Assembly: GCA_965227775.1 (NCBI GenBank)
Contig: OZ245777.1
Span: 1,088,001 to 1,152,000 of the forward strand
Origin: Phycisphaerales bacterium
Lineage (GTDB): Bacteria; Planctomycetota; Phycisphaerae; Phycisphaerales; UBA1924
Direction of reading: 5' to 3'
DNA: 64,000 nt
Positions 28,839-37,821 of the stretch are shown piece after piece (the stretch's first letter is position 1; every line of letters starts with the position of its first letter). The translations under genes were made by a program, and so were the position numbers. The notes below the pieces were generated by a model, which had not been told where the DNA came from, did no database searches, and saw only the letters and a list, made by a program, of their open reading frames with translations.

Positions 28839-30683
28839 ATGAAATCTGGAACGACTCTCATCACTCTTCTGGCCGCATCGCTCGCGAACGGGGCACAGGA
28901 GGCGCCGGATCAAGTCTCTCGCCAGGATGTCTCATTTCGTTCTGGTGATGCCGCGTTGGTTGGGCACCTTTACCTCCCAGAGAACTACGACGGAAACCGC
29001 CAGCTTCCTGGCCTGGTTGTCACGGGCGCCTGGACAACGGTGAAGGAGCAGATGCCGGCAACGTACGCCGCAGAGATGGCCGGTCGCGGTTTCGCGGCTC
29101 TGACCTTCGACTTCCGCGGATGGGGCGGATCTGAGGGGTCTCCGAGATTCCTCGAGGACCCCGAGCGAAAGACGCAGGACATCATCGCGGCCGCGGCGTT
29201 TCTTGCGTCCCGCCCCGAGGTAGATGCCGGTCGAATCGGTGGGCTCGGCGTGTGTGCTTCGGCTGGCTACATGAGCGATGCGACGCAGCGAAGCCCAAAC
29301 ATCCGGGCGCTCGGGCTGATCGCACCGTGGCTGCATAACTACGAGATCGCGGAGTCGGTTTACGGCGGCCGTGAGGGCGTCGCAGGTCTGATTGCTGCCG
29401 GCCGAGAAGCCACGGCGTCCGATGAGGCTGTCATTATCGAAGCCGCGAGCACGACGAATGAGTCGGCCTTGATGTACAACGCGCCGTACTACACCGAGAC
29501 AGATCGTGGTCTGATCGACGAGTACGACAACCAGTTCAACGTTGCCTCATGGGAACCGTGGCTGACCTACGACGCGGTGCGCGTTGGAAAAACCTTGCGA
29601 AAGCCAACGCTCGCGGTCCATTCCCAGGCTGCCGTGATTCCGCAGGGCATCACTGCGTTTGCAGAGCGTATGGGGGCACACGCTCGGGTGCTTTGGCTCG
29701 ACGATATCACGCAGTTTGAGTTTTACGATCAGCCCGTGCCGGTCACTACCGCTGCGGATGCTGTTGCGGAGCACTTCAGGGAGTCGTTCCACGAGCAGCA
29801 AGACGTCGCGGCCGTCACCACGGTTGTAGAAGGCGTTGCAACACTGGCGGATCTCGGACGATTCGATGCGCTCGCGTCTCTGTATGCAGACGAGATCATG
29901 GTGGACTACAGCTCACTCACGGGTGAGCCCGCGAACACGGTGACTTCGGCTGACCTCATGCGCTCGTGGGCGGGGTTCCTGCCGGGTTTCGACCTCACAC
30001 GTCACAGCCTCTCGGGCATCCATGTCAGCATCGACGGCGACTCGGCCGTTGCGACCGCGGGCTTCACGGCCGATCACTTTATCGGTGAGCTGTTCTGGCA
30101 GGCGAGGGGTGACTATCGGTATGAGCTTCGTCGGGATGGCCGTGACTGGAAGATCGTTGGCCACACGATGAACCTCCGAGGGGAGGATGGCACACGCGAC
30201 GCGCTTGCGATCGCACCGGCCAGGGCCGCGGAACGACCGGGTGCAGTCCTGGTCCGTGATGCTGCCGCCGGTGCAGTACGAGCGTTCCTGGAATCACTTG
30301 AATCGAAAGATATGAACGCATTCGCCAACGTCTGGGCCGACAATGCCGTCCAAGAGATGCCGTTTGCTCCCGAGGGATTCCCAAAGGACGTGCGCGGTAA
30401 GAACGGGATCCTGGCCCATTACCAAGCGTGGCCGGCCGTCAGCGGCGACGCCGAGTTCACAGAGAATCTCCGGTTCTACCCCATGCAGGATCCGGAGTGG
30501 GTCTTCGCGACGTTCACGGGGCATGTCGACATCATCCCGACCGGCCGGCTCTACGAGCAGACGTACGGCGGTCTCTTCCACGTTGTAGATGGCAAGATCG
30601 TGCTCTTCCGCGAGTACTTCAACCCGGCCCCGTTCGTTCACGCATTCGGCCTTGAGGGTGAGTCAAAGGGACTCGGACAGTGA
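28839..30683 (+). CDS. Secreted alpha/beta hydrolase (Cys nucleophile elbow) fused to two SnoaL/NTF2-like domains
   Basis: GAWTTVKEQM, FDFRGWGGSEG, GLGVCASAGY; then VDYSSLTG...TRH...GDYRYEL (SnoaL-like); then EMPFAP...YEQTYGG...DGKIVLFREYFNP (SnoaL/PhzA-B-like). Confidence 0.85.
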   Translation: MKSGTTLITLLAASLANGAQEAPDQVSRQDVSFRSGDAALVGHLYLPENYDGNRQLPGLVVTGAWTTVKEQMPATYAAEMAGRGFAALTFDFRGWGGSEGSPRFLEDPERKTQDIIAAAAFLASRPEVDAGRIGGLGVCASAGYMSDATQRSPNIRALGLIAPWLHNYEIAESVYGGREGVAGLIAAGREATASDEAVIIEAASTTNESALMYNAPYYTETDRGLIDEYDNQFNVASWEPWLTYDAVRVGKTLRKPTLAVHSQAAVIPQGITAFAERMGAHARVLWLDDITQFEFYDQPVPVTTAADAVAEHFRESFHEQQDVAAVTTVVEGVATLADLGRFDALASLYADEIMVDYSSLTGEPANTVTSADLMRSWAGFLPGFDLTRHSLSGIHVSIDGDSAVATAGFTADHFIGELFWQARGDYRYELRRDGRDWKIVGHTMNLRGEDGTRDALAIAPARAAERPGAVLVRDAAAGAVRAFLESLESKDMNAFANVWADNAVQEMPFAPEGFPKDVRGKNGILAHYQAWPAVSGDAEFTENLRFYPMQDPEWVFATFTGHVDIIPTGRLYEQTYGGLFHVVDGKIVLFREYFNPAPFVHAFGLEGESKGLGQ

Positions 30684-30846
30684 CGCGCAGGCTCGGTTAG
30701 TACCTCACCGTGAACGCAGAATCCGTGTCTCGGGGCTCCAGAGGCCTACCTGGGACACAAGAGGTTTCACTAGTGTCTTGTCACCCCGTGTTGTTTGTGC
30801 AGGGGTTTCCGCATCGCAGCTTCCATGCGGGGCCATACGGTTCGGC

Positions 30847-32403
30847 ATGCCGACGCCTGCAAAACCCGACGGTGGTCCAAGCTCGCGGCGGCGCTTTCGC
30901 AGGCTGCGTCGGCTGCCGGCCCAGATTGTTCGGCGCAGCCCCTTTGAAGGATCGATCCGTCCCGGGCGTGTTCCGTTGTTCACCCTCAGATCGCGGCCCT
31001 CGCTCCCGTTTCCCCACCCCTGGAACTACCGCGAGCCCTTGCGGGTGCTCTCGACGTTCTATCACGGTGCCGAGGCGGAGCCTGACCACGGAGCGCGACA
31101 CAACCGCTACCTGGACATGCCGGGCTTCGCTCCCGTCCTGGTTTCGCGCGACCCAGGCGTGATCGAGGCCATCTCGAAGTCGACCGGTGATAAGCCTGGG
31201 CAGTTTGATCGCGACACGATGCCGACCAGTGGCATCGCTCGCGCGACCGGCGACAAGACGCTGCTCTACGCCAACGGCGCGACCTGGCGCGCGCAGAAGC
31301 AGATGGTCGCCCCACCCTTCTCGCGCTCGACGCTGTTCCAGCCCGAGGTATTCACCGACTTCGAGAAGAACTGTCGGAAGATCGCGATCGAACGTCTCGG
31401 GCTGGTTGGCGAGCGTCTGCGCGAGACTGGGGCCAGGACGCTCCAGGTCCAGCTCGAGCCCGAGATCAAGGCCGTGATGCTGGACATGCTCGTCAACAGC
31501 TTCTTCGGCGCGTCAATCGACTCGGAGGACATTCGCAATCGTGACGTCCCGGCGATTGACCGATTCATCGACAGCATCGTCAAGGACACCGTCATGGCGA
31601 AGGTTGGGTGCCCGATGCATCGGCTGCCTCGGTGGATCGGTGGCGTGGCACGGGCGAGGGCGGCCGCACAGACTTTCGAGGACCTGACGAGCGAGTCCAT
31701 TCGCCCTCGTGCGCGACAGGCGGGGCTCTGGCGGCACTTCAAATCGGATGTGGGAGACGAGGCGCTCCGGCCCAACATCCGGGTCTTTCTCGCCGGGGCG
31801 CTGGAAGCGACCACGTCGTACGCGAGTTGGGCGCTCTCGCATCTCGCCCGCGATACGGCCGTACAGCAGCGGCTCTATGAAGAGGTGCGTGACGTTGACG
31901 ACTACAGCCCCGAAGCTCTGCAGCAGCTCGAGTATCTCGGCTGCGTGCTGAACGAGACGCTGCGCCTGACGCCGGCGTTGTACTTCCATCCCCGCCGCGC
32001 CGCTGGTGACACGCTCGTCAAGACCAAGCGCGGTGATGACCTGCTGATTCCCGACGGGACCCACATCCTGCTCGATGTCTGGCACGCGAATCGGCACGAC
32101 GACCACTGGGGCCCGGAGGTCACGGGACATCCGGCCGACCGATTTGTGCCGGATCGCTGGATCGGCCGCGGTGCGACGGATCAGGGAACGAAGGACTGGT
32201 TGCACTTCGGATTCGGCCATGGACCGCGCTTCTGCCCGGGCAAGAACCTCGGCCAGATGGAAACCGCACTGGTCGTGGGTGCTGTTGTGAAGCTCTTCGA
32301 GCTCCGGGCCGTTCGGCCCGAGAATCCCGCGCGAGCCGGGGTATCGACCAAGCCCGCCGACGGGGTCCTGGTGGAGTTGCGTGTTCGGGACTCTTCTGCT
32401 TGA
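30847..32403 (+). CDS. Cytochrome P450
   Basis: ETLR (ExxR), FVPDRW (PERF-like), FGFGHGPRFCPG heme-thiolate motif; start codon uncertain. Confidence 0.92.
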   Translation: MPTPAKPDGGPSSRRRFRRLRRLPAQIVRRSPFEGSIRPGRVPLFTLRSRPSLPFPHPWNYREPLRVLSTFYHGAEAEPDHGARHNRYLDMPGFAPVLVSRDPGVIEAISKSTGDKPGQFDRDTMPTSGIARATGDKTLLYANGATWRAQKQMVAPPFSRSTLFQPEVFTDFEKNCRKIAIERLGLVGERLRETGARTLQVQLEPEIKAVMLDMLVNSFFGASIDSEDIRNRDVPAIDRFIDSIVKDTVMAKVGCPMHRLPRWIGGVARARAAAQTFEDLTSESIRPRARQAGLWRHFKSDVGDEALRPNIRVFLAGALEATTSYASWALSHLARDTAVQQRLYEEVRDVDDYSPEALQQLEYLGCVLNETLRLTPALYFHPRRAAGDTLVKTKRGDDLLIPDGTHILLDVWHANRHDDHWGPEVTGHPADRFVPDRWIGRGATDQGTKDWLHFGFGHGPRFCPGKNLGQMETALVVGAVVKLFELRAVRPENPARAGVSTKPADGVLVELRVRDSSA

Positions 32404-32411
32404 ACGAAGCA

Positions 32412-32446
32412 AGGGCGGGGACCGGTTGTGACCAGTCCCCGCCCCT
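32412..32446. terminator. GC-rich hairpin between converging genes
   Basis: GGGCGGGGAC-N12-GTCCCCGCCC. Confidence 0.6.
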
Positions 32447-32504
32447 GTGTCTCAAACGCCTTCGGTGCCTTGGCGTGGGTGCGTGTTGATTGGTGCCTGA
32501 TGCG

Positions 32505-32894
32505 TCAAGCGTGCGACGGCACCTCCGTGTTTGCCGCGCCAAGCGAACTCGGCTTGCTCAAGCTGACGACCGAAAGAACGGCAGCTGCGTTGGCCCAATA
32601 GAACCACGCGTCGATGCCCCGGAAGCCGAGCGCAAAGGGCGCGACAAAGAACGTCACACCCACCATGCCATCGACGAGCACGTGGAACCTGTATGGCAGG
32701 ACCCGGAGCACGCCGAGCATGTGGTCGGTGAAGATCGTGAGGATGAGCGCAGCCACGCCCGTGCCGACCGAGAGCCACTTCGCAGCGGGCGTCGAAGCGC
32801 CGAGGCCGAGCAGGAACGGTGCGATGATCAGGGCGAGCGCGACGGGATAGTCGAGCAGGGCGTGCATGTTCTTGGTGATGAATCTGGGATTCAT
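32505..32894 (-). CDS. SPW-repeat-like small membrane protein
   Basis: HALLDY...APFLLG and TDH.LG....LPY.FH..VD...APFALGF two-fold pattern; four hydrophobic segments. Confidence 0.75.
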   Translation of the reverse strand: MNPRFITKNMHALLDYPVALALIIAPFLLGLGASTPAAKWLSVGTGVAALILTIFTDHMLGVLRVLPYRFHVLVDGMVGVTFFVAPFALGFRGIDAWFYWANAAAVLSVVSLSKPSSLGAANTEVPSHA

Positions 32895-33388
32895 GGGATC
32901 TGTCCTTCCAACTCAATGAGATAGCATTCAGCGCGGCCGGCACAGTGCAGTGCCCGCGAGCGCGCTTCAACACGTGGCCAGTGCTCTCGGCTGTGCGTCC
33001 GAGCAGCGTGGCCGATCCACGTGATGACGAGTTCTCCGGATCGAGAGCGATACGGAGTACATGATGAAGTGCGAATGTGCGTCTCGGGGCTGCTCGAAGT
33101 TGGCACCCGATACGACCAGCGGAGCGCGGTCGCCTGATGCGACCGCTGGTCGTCAGAACACGCTGAGACCCATGCCGTCGAGCGACGCCTGGAGGGCGTC
33201 CCTTCGATCACGCCGGGATGTTCGGGCTCGCGCCCGCAGCCGGTTCATGGCCGTGCGAACCGCGACAGTGTGCGGAGTGTTCCATCGGAACGATCGACGT
33301 GCGAACGAGGAGTCGGTTGCCACCCGCGGGTGATGCGGTGCAGACTGGGCGACGTGTGAGGTGGCGAAACTGGGTCGGAGTGAAAAAG

Positions 33389-33449
33389 GCAACAAAATGG
33401 TTGCTTATTGAGCGATCCAGGGATATGCTACATGCAACCAGGAGGTTGC
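33389..33449. promoter_or_regulatory. Two copies of palindromic operator GCAAC(C/A)-N4-GGTTGC
   Basis: gcaacaaaatggttgc (33389-33404) and gcaaccaggaggttgc (33434-33449); the second contains the RBS of the SRPBCC gene. Confidence 0.7.
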
Positions 33450-33452
33450 GTT

Positions 33453-33917
33453 ATGGCTGTCCACGAGGATCAGGACCGCATCGAGAAGGTTGTCGAGCTC
33501 GCGGCACCCGTGCCACGCGTCTGGCGGGCGATCACCGACCACAAGGAGTTTGGCGCGTGGTTCCGCGTTCGGCTCGACGGGCCGTTCGAGGTTGGCAAGA
33601 GGACCACCGGCAACATCACCTACCCGGGGTACGAGCACGTCGCGTGGGAGTCGGTGACGGAGTGCATGGAGCACGAGCGACTGTTCTCCTTCTCTTGGCC
33701 ACCCAGCGCCATCGATCCCGATACGGACTACGCCGCCGACGCCAAGGTGCTGGTCGAGTTCCGGCTCGAGCCGATGGCGGACGGGGGAACACGCCTGACG
33801 ATCACCGAGTCGGGCTTCCTGCAGTTTCCAGTGCCGAAGCGACTCGAAGCGCTGCGTTCGAACACCGAAGGCTGGGAAATCCAGGCCGGACACATCGCCG
33901 CCCATGTCACGCAGTAG
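33453..33917 (+). CDS. SRPBCC/AHSA1-family protein
   Basis: IEKVVELAAPVPRVWRAITD..EFGAWF, FSFSW, TRLTITESGF, NTEGW. Confidence 0.9.
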   Translation: MAVHEDQDRIEKVVELAAPVPRVWRAITDHKEFGAWFRVRLDGPFEVGKRTTGNITYPGYEHVAWESVTECMEHERLFSFSWPPSAIDPDTDYAADAKVLVEFRLEPMADGGTRLTITESGFLQFPVPKRLEALRSNTEGWEIQAGHIAAHVTQ

Positions 33918-34233
33918 CAAGACCATCGACCCAGTACCCGTCTTCGCCGCGCTGGGTGACGCCACCCGGCTGGAGCTCGTCGAACGCCTTGGTGACGGCG
34001 GGCAGCACAGCATCGCGCGGCTTGCCGAGGGCTTTGACTTGTCTCGCCAGGGCGTGACGAAGCATCTCCGCGTGTTGCAAGACGCGGGCGTGGTGTCGAG
34101 CACGCGCGTTGGGAGGGAGAGCCGATTCGCGCTCCAACCCGATCAGCTTGTCAAAGCTGGTGAATACCTGGCTCGCGCGTCGGCACAGTGGGATGACGCG
34201 ATCGAACGCTTGAAAACAACCGTCGAGGCGTGA
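33904..34233 (+). CDS. ArsR/SmtB-family transcriptional regulator
   Basis: VFAALGDATRLELVERL...SRQGVTKHLRVLQDAGVV...GRE; overlaps the SRPBCC gene. Confidence 0.9.
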   Translation: MSRSSKTIDPVPVFAALGDATRLELVERLGDGGQHSIARLAEGFDLSRQGVTKHLRVLQDAGVVSSTRVGRESRFALQPDQLVKAGEYLARASAQWDDAIERLKTTVEA

Positions 34234-34269
34234 TCAAGACGCCTCTTGAATCGGGAGTGTCGCTTCGGC

Positions 34270-36087
34270 CTAGCGATCAACTTCCTGCAGGTGGAGCAGC
34301 AGCACGCGCCTCACCTCGCGGATTGCCAGCGAGTGGGTGTGGGCCTCGTGGCCGCTCTCGACGATCAACTCCGACTCGGCGCCCTCGATGAGCGCACTCT
34401 CAACGGGCACGATGCCGTCCGTGCCACTGCCCCGATCACCGGCGATGAGGTGGAATGGCACGTCCGGCCGCATTGGTGTCTGTAGATACACTCGCAAGTG
34501 GGGTGAGTCTGGTTGCAGATCATCGATGCTGGAGGGCACGCCCCGGCCCAACTGGTACTCGCGGCCCGCGCGGACGCGCGCTTGCTCGGTGCGGAACCAC
34601 GCATCGACGTCGTCGAAGTCTTCGGGTAGGTCGATGAGCCAGTCGCCAAGGCGGCTGATCCAGTTGTTGGCGAAGCCACTACCGCGATGGGGCGTGGCGA
34701 TGAACACGACGCGGGCGATCTGTTCGTTGGCTTCGTAGAAGAACACCTCATCCAGGTGTGTGCGCACGCTGTCGGGCATCTCGACTTCGTCGAACGGCTC
34801 GGGATGGAGCGAATGCCAGAACGAATCGCCGCTGTCTTGCAGCGCTGCCTTGGTAAGCAGGCCGCCCATGGAGTGGCCGAGTACGACCATGTCCTGCATG
34901 GCGGGGTTCGAGCCGTCGGGGTCGAAGTGCTGCCGAACAAGTTCGAGCCATCGGCGCAGGTACATCGCCGAGCGACCGATGGGCAGGCCCGTGGGGTAGT
35001 AGAACATCCAGAACTGGTATCGCTCACGGATGTCGGGATCGTGGCGAAGGCCATTGAGTAAGTCTCGCCACGTGGCCGGGCTGGAGCGCAGCCCGTGCAC
35101 CATGAGGACGGGGATCTTGTCCGGGTCGTACGGCTCGTGCAGATAGATGCCCAAGCGGCTGAGAAACTCTTCGATGTTGGTCAGCCCCTTGCGACCGCTG
35201 GTGATGAGCGAGGTTCTGGAGAACAACTCGGCGATGGGGGCGGTGACATCGGTGGATAGCCGGAGCGCGCCGCCATGGCGCTGGATGCTGCGGACGTAGT
35301 CGGGGTTCCATGCCTCGACCACGACGCGATCCGTGCTCTCGAATCGCAGCGTGACGGTCGCCGCGGTCATCAGACCCTCGGGTGGCACGAAGGGCTCGGA
35401 CCGAGGCGGGTCGGCGTCCTGCTGTTCGCGAATGGCGACGGCTGGCGCACCGAACGCGTCGAGACGGTGATGATTGCGCATGCCCTGGACGCGCATGAAG
35501 TCCGTTGGCTTGAGCCGATCGAACTCACCGGGTCCGAATCGCGCGCGGTCGTCCGTGGCATCCAATTCGATGACATACCTGCCGCCGGCGCCCTCCACAA
35601 TTTCCGCGGTGTCTTCGGCGAGCCATGACTGCGCGCTGCGTGCGAGAAAGTGGGCTGTGGCCCTGCGGTTCAGCTTCGCTGCGAATTCGGTACGAGTATC
35701 GAGCAAGCCGCCTCCGTGCAGGATTGCTCGCTGGAGCTCGAGATCGGCTTGTTGCGCGCATGCGAGGTAGAGCGAGGTGTCATTGCCGGATCGCTCGGCG
35801 AGATCCAGCAGGATCTCTGTTGCCGCCAGCCGCCATAGAGCGTCGGGTTCCTTTTCGGCGAGTGCGATCAGTCGCTCGACAGCTTCGGCTCGATCCGTGT
35901 TTGCGAGTTCAACGAGGTCGAGCTGGCTGATCGCATCCTGCGTGAACTTGCTGAGTGAGTGGGAAGTGAGCCGGCTTTCCTGCTGTATGCGCAGAGTTTG
36001 GGCGGGGTTGGCCGAGTACACACGCACCTCGCGCACACAGCCGGTGAGCGAGAGCGCCGCGAGAATGAGCATCAAGGTCTTGAGCAT
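34270..36087 (-). CDS. Lipoprotein alpha/beta hydrolase (esterase/lipase, PGAP1-like)
   Basis: Lipobox LTG-C; PVLMVHGL, LGHSMGGL, FIATPHRGS, DGIVP..SA, SGH. Confidence 0.88.
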   Translation of the reverse strand: MLKTLMLILAALSLTGCVREVRVYSANPAQTLRIQQESRLTSHSLSKFTQDAISQLDLVELANTDRAEAVERLIALAEKEPDALWRLAATEILLDLAERSGNDTSLYLACAQQADLELQRAILHGGGLLDTRTEFAAKLNRRATAHFLARSAQSWLAEDTAEIVEGAGGRYVIELDATDDRARFGPGEFDRLKPTDFMRVQGMRNHHRLDAFGAPAVAIREQQDADPPRSEPFVPPEGLMTAATVTLRFESTDRVVVEAWNPDYVRSIQRHGGALRLSTDVTAPIAELFSRTSLITSGRKGLTNIEEFLSRLGIYLHEPYDPDKIPVLMVHGLRSSPATWRDLLNGLRHDPDIRERYQFWMFYYPTGLPIGRSAMYLRRWLELVRQHFDPDGSNPAMQDMVVLGHSMGGLLTKAALQDSGDSFWHSLHPEPFDEVEMPDSVRTHLDEVFFYEANEQIARVVFIATPHRGSGFANNWISRLGDWLIDLPEDFDDVDAWFRTEQARVRAGREYQLGRGVPSSIDDLQPDSPHLRVYLQTPMRPDVPFHLIAGDRGSGTDGIVPVESALIEGAESELIVESGHEAHTHSLAIREVRRVLLLHLQEVDR

Positions 36088-36132
36088 GTGGCACTCCCAG
36101 CGAGCGTGCGGCGCAGTGCGACCCGCCGCGTG

Positions 36133-37779
36133 CTAGATGCGGCATACCTGCTGGCCGAGGCGTTCGGTGAGCTTCATGTTCTCGCGATAATCGACGGGCG
36201 CAACGAGGAGCGCCGGACCCTGGTGCTCCAGCGCACGCTTCAATGCGGGTAGGAACTCGCTGCTGTTCTGAACCTGCTCGCTGCGCCAGCCGAACGCCTC
36301 GCCCAGCCCGATCCAGTTTGGGTTGCCGAACGAGAGATCGGTGTGCTTGCCGAACTCAGCCTCTTGTTTCCACTCGATGAGGCCGTAGGCCTTGTCTTCC
36401 CACACGATGGCAACAACGTCGAGGCCCATGCGGGCGATGGTCTCCATCTCCTGCACGTTCATAAGGAAGTCGCCGTCACCACAGATGGCCACGCAATGGT
36501 CGTCGGGCCGTGCGAGCTTGGCACCGATGAGGCCCGGCAGGGCCTGGCCCATGGAGCAGAAGCCGTTGGGGATCAGGCACGTGTTCGGCTCGATGCACTG
36601 GTAGTGGCGGCCGATCCACATCTTGTGTGCGCCCACGCCACTGAGGAGAACGTCGCCCGCGCGGAGGGCCTGCCGTGTGTCCCACAGCAACTTCTGCGGC
36701 CTGATCGAACCCTTCGTGTCGTCGTTGGCGTGCGCAGCGAACTCGTCGAGCATCTTCTGGCGAACACGGGCGAGCCGATCGGTGTGGTGGTTTGGTCCTC
36801 GAGTGTCGCCAAGCAGCTCCCGCAGTTGTACGAGTCCCGCAGCGATGTCGCCGACCAGTTCGACCTCGGGGTGGTACGACGCATCGATCTCGGCCGGCGT
36901 GAAGTCGAGGTGGATGATGCGGGTCTTCGGGCCCACCCAGTTCCTCGGCGGATACTCGACCAGGTCGTACCCGATCGCCAGCACAACGTCGGACTCGATG
37001 AGCTCCTGGGCGATCTCGTCACGCTGCTGGATGCCAACCGTGAAAAGGCAGTGCCCGGAGTCCATCGACGCGGCACCCTTGCCCATGAACGTCGAGACGA
37101 CGGGCAGGCCAAAGGCGTCGGCGAGCGCCCGCAGCTCCGCGGAGGCTCGCGTACGGATGCCACCGTTGCCGCTCAGGATCATCGGTCGGTCGGCTGACCG
37201 CAACAAGTCTGCGGCGGCCTGCAACGCATCCGTATTGGGCGTCGGTCGGCGATAGCGGCGGGGCACCAGCGGCTTCGCATCGGTGTCGTGCTTGGCGATG
37301 TCTTCGGGAAGCTCGATGAGTACGGCACCGGGCTTCTCGCCGCGAGCCAGCCGGACCGACTTGCGGATGACCTCGGGGATCGAGTCGGCAGTGCGGATGC
37401 TCGTGGCCCATTTGGTGACCGGCTCGAACATCGCGATGACGTCCATGATCTGGTGCGACTCTTTGTGCAGCCGATCGGTCGTGCCTTGGCCCGAGATTGC
37501 AAGCAGCGGCGCGTGATCCATGTTGGCATCGGCAACGCCCGTCACCATGTTGGTGGCGCCGGGGCCGAGTGTGCCGATGCAGCCGACGGGCTGGCCGGTG
37601 AGCTTGCCGTAGGTCGACGCCGCGAACACGGCTCCCTGCTCGTGCCTGGTGATGTACACGTCGATCGAGGAGCCCTCCAGCGACAGCATCATGTCGGCGT
37701 TCTCTTCGCCCGGCACACCGATGAGGAAGGGAATGGACTCTTCTTCGAGGCAGCGAACGAAGAGATCGGAGGCTTTCAT
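36133..37779 (-). CDS. Acetolactate synthase large subunit (ThDP-dependent)
   Basis: GVPGEEN, TRHEQGA, TLGPGATN, GDGDFLMN..E ThDP-binding motif. Confidence 0.9.
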   Translation of the reverse strand: MKASDLFVRCLEEESIPFLIGVPGEENADMMLSLEGSSIDVYITRHEQGAVFAASTYGKLTGQPVGCIGTLGPGATNMVTGVADANMDHAPLLAISGQGTTDRLHKESHQIMDVIAMFEPVTKWATSIRTADSIPEVIRKSVRLARGEKPGAVLIELPEDIAKHDTDAKPLVPRRYRRPTPNTDALQAAADLLRSADRPMILSGNGGIRTRASAELRALADAFGLPVVSTFMGKGAASMDSGHCLFTVGIQQRDEIAQELIESDVVLAIGYDLVEYPPRNWVGPKTRIIHLDFTPAEIDASYHPEVELVGDIAAGLVQLRELLGDTRGPNHHTDRLARVRQKMLDEFAAHANDDTKGSIRPQKLLWDTRQALRAGDVLLSGVGAHKMWIGRHYQCIEPNTCLIPNGFCSMGQALPGLIGAKLARPDDHCVAICGDGDFLMNVQEMETIARMGLDVVAIVWEDKAYGLIEWKQEAEFGKHTDLSFGNPNWIGLGEAFGWRSEQVQNSSEFLPALKRALEHQGPALLVAPVDYRENMKLTERLGQQVCRI

Positions 37780-37821
37780 GCGACGTTCCTTGTCAATTCC
37801 TCACGTCCGGCGAAGTTGTTC

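Noticed and set aside
36133..37779. Gene symbol ilvB/ilvI for the acetolactate synthase
   Set aside because: There is no small subunit or ilvC nearby, and biosynthetic versus catabolic role cannot be decided from motifs.
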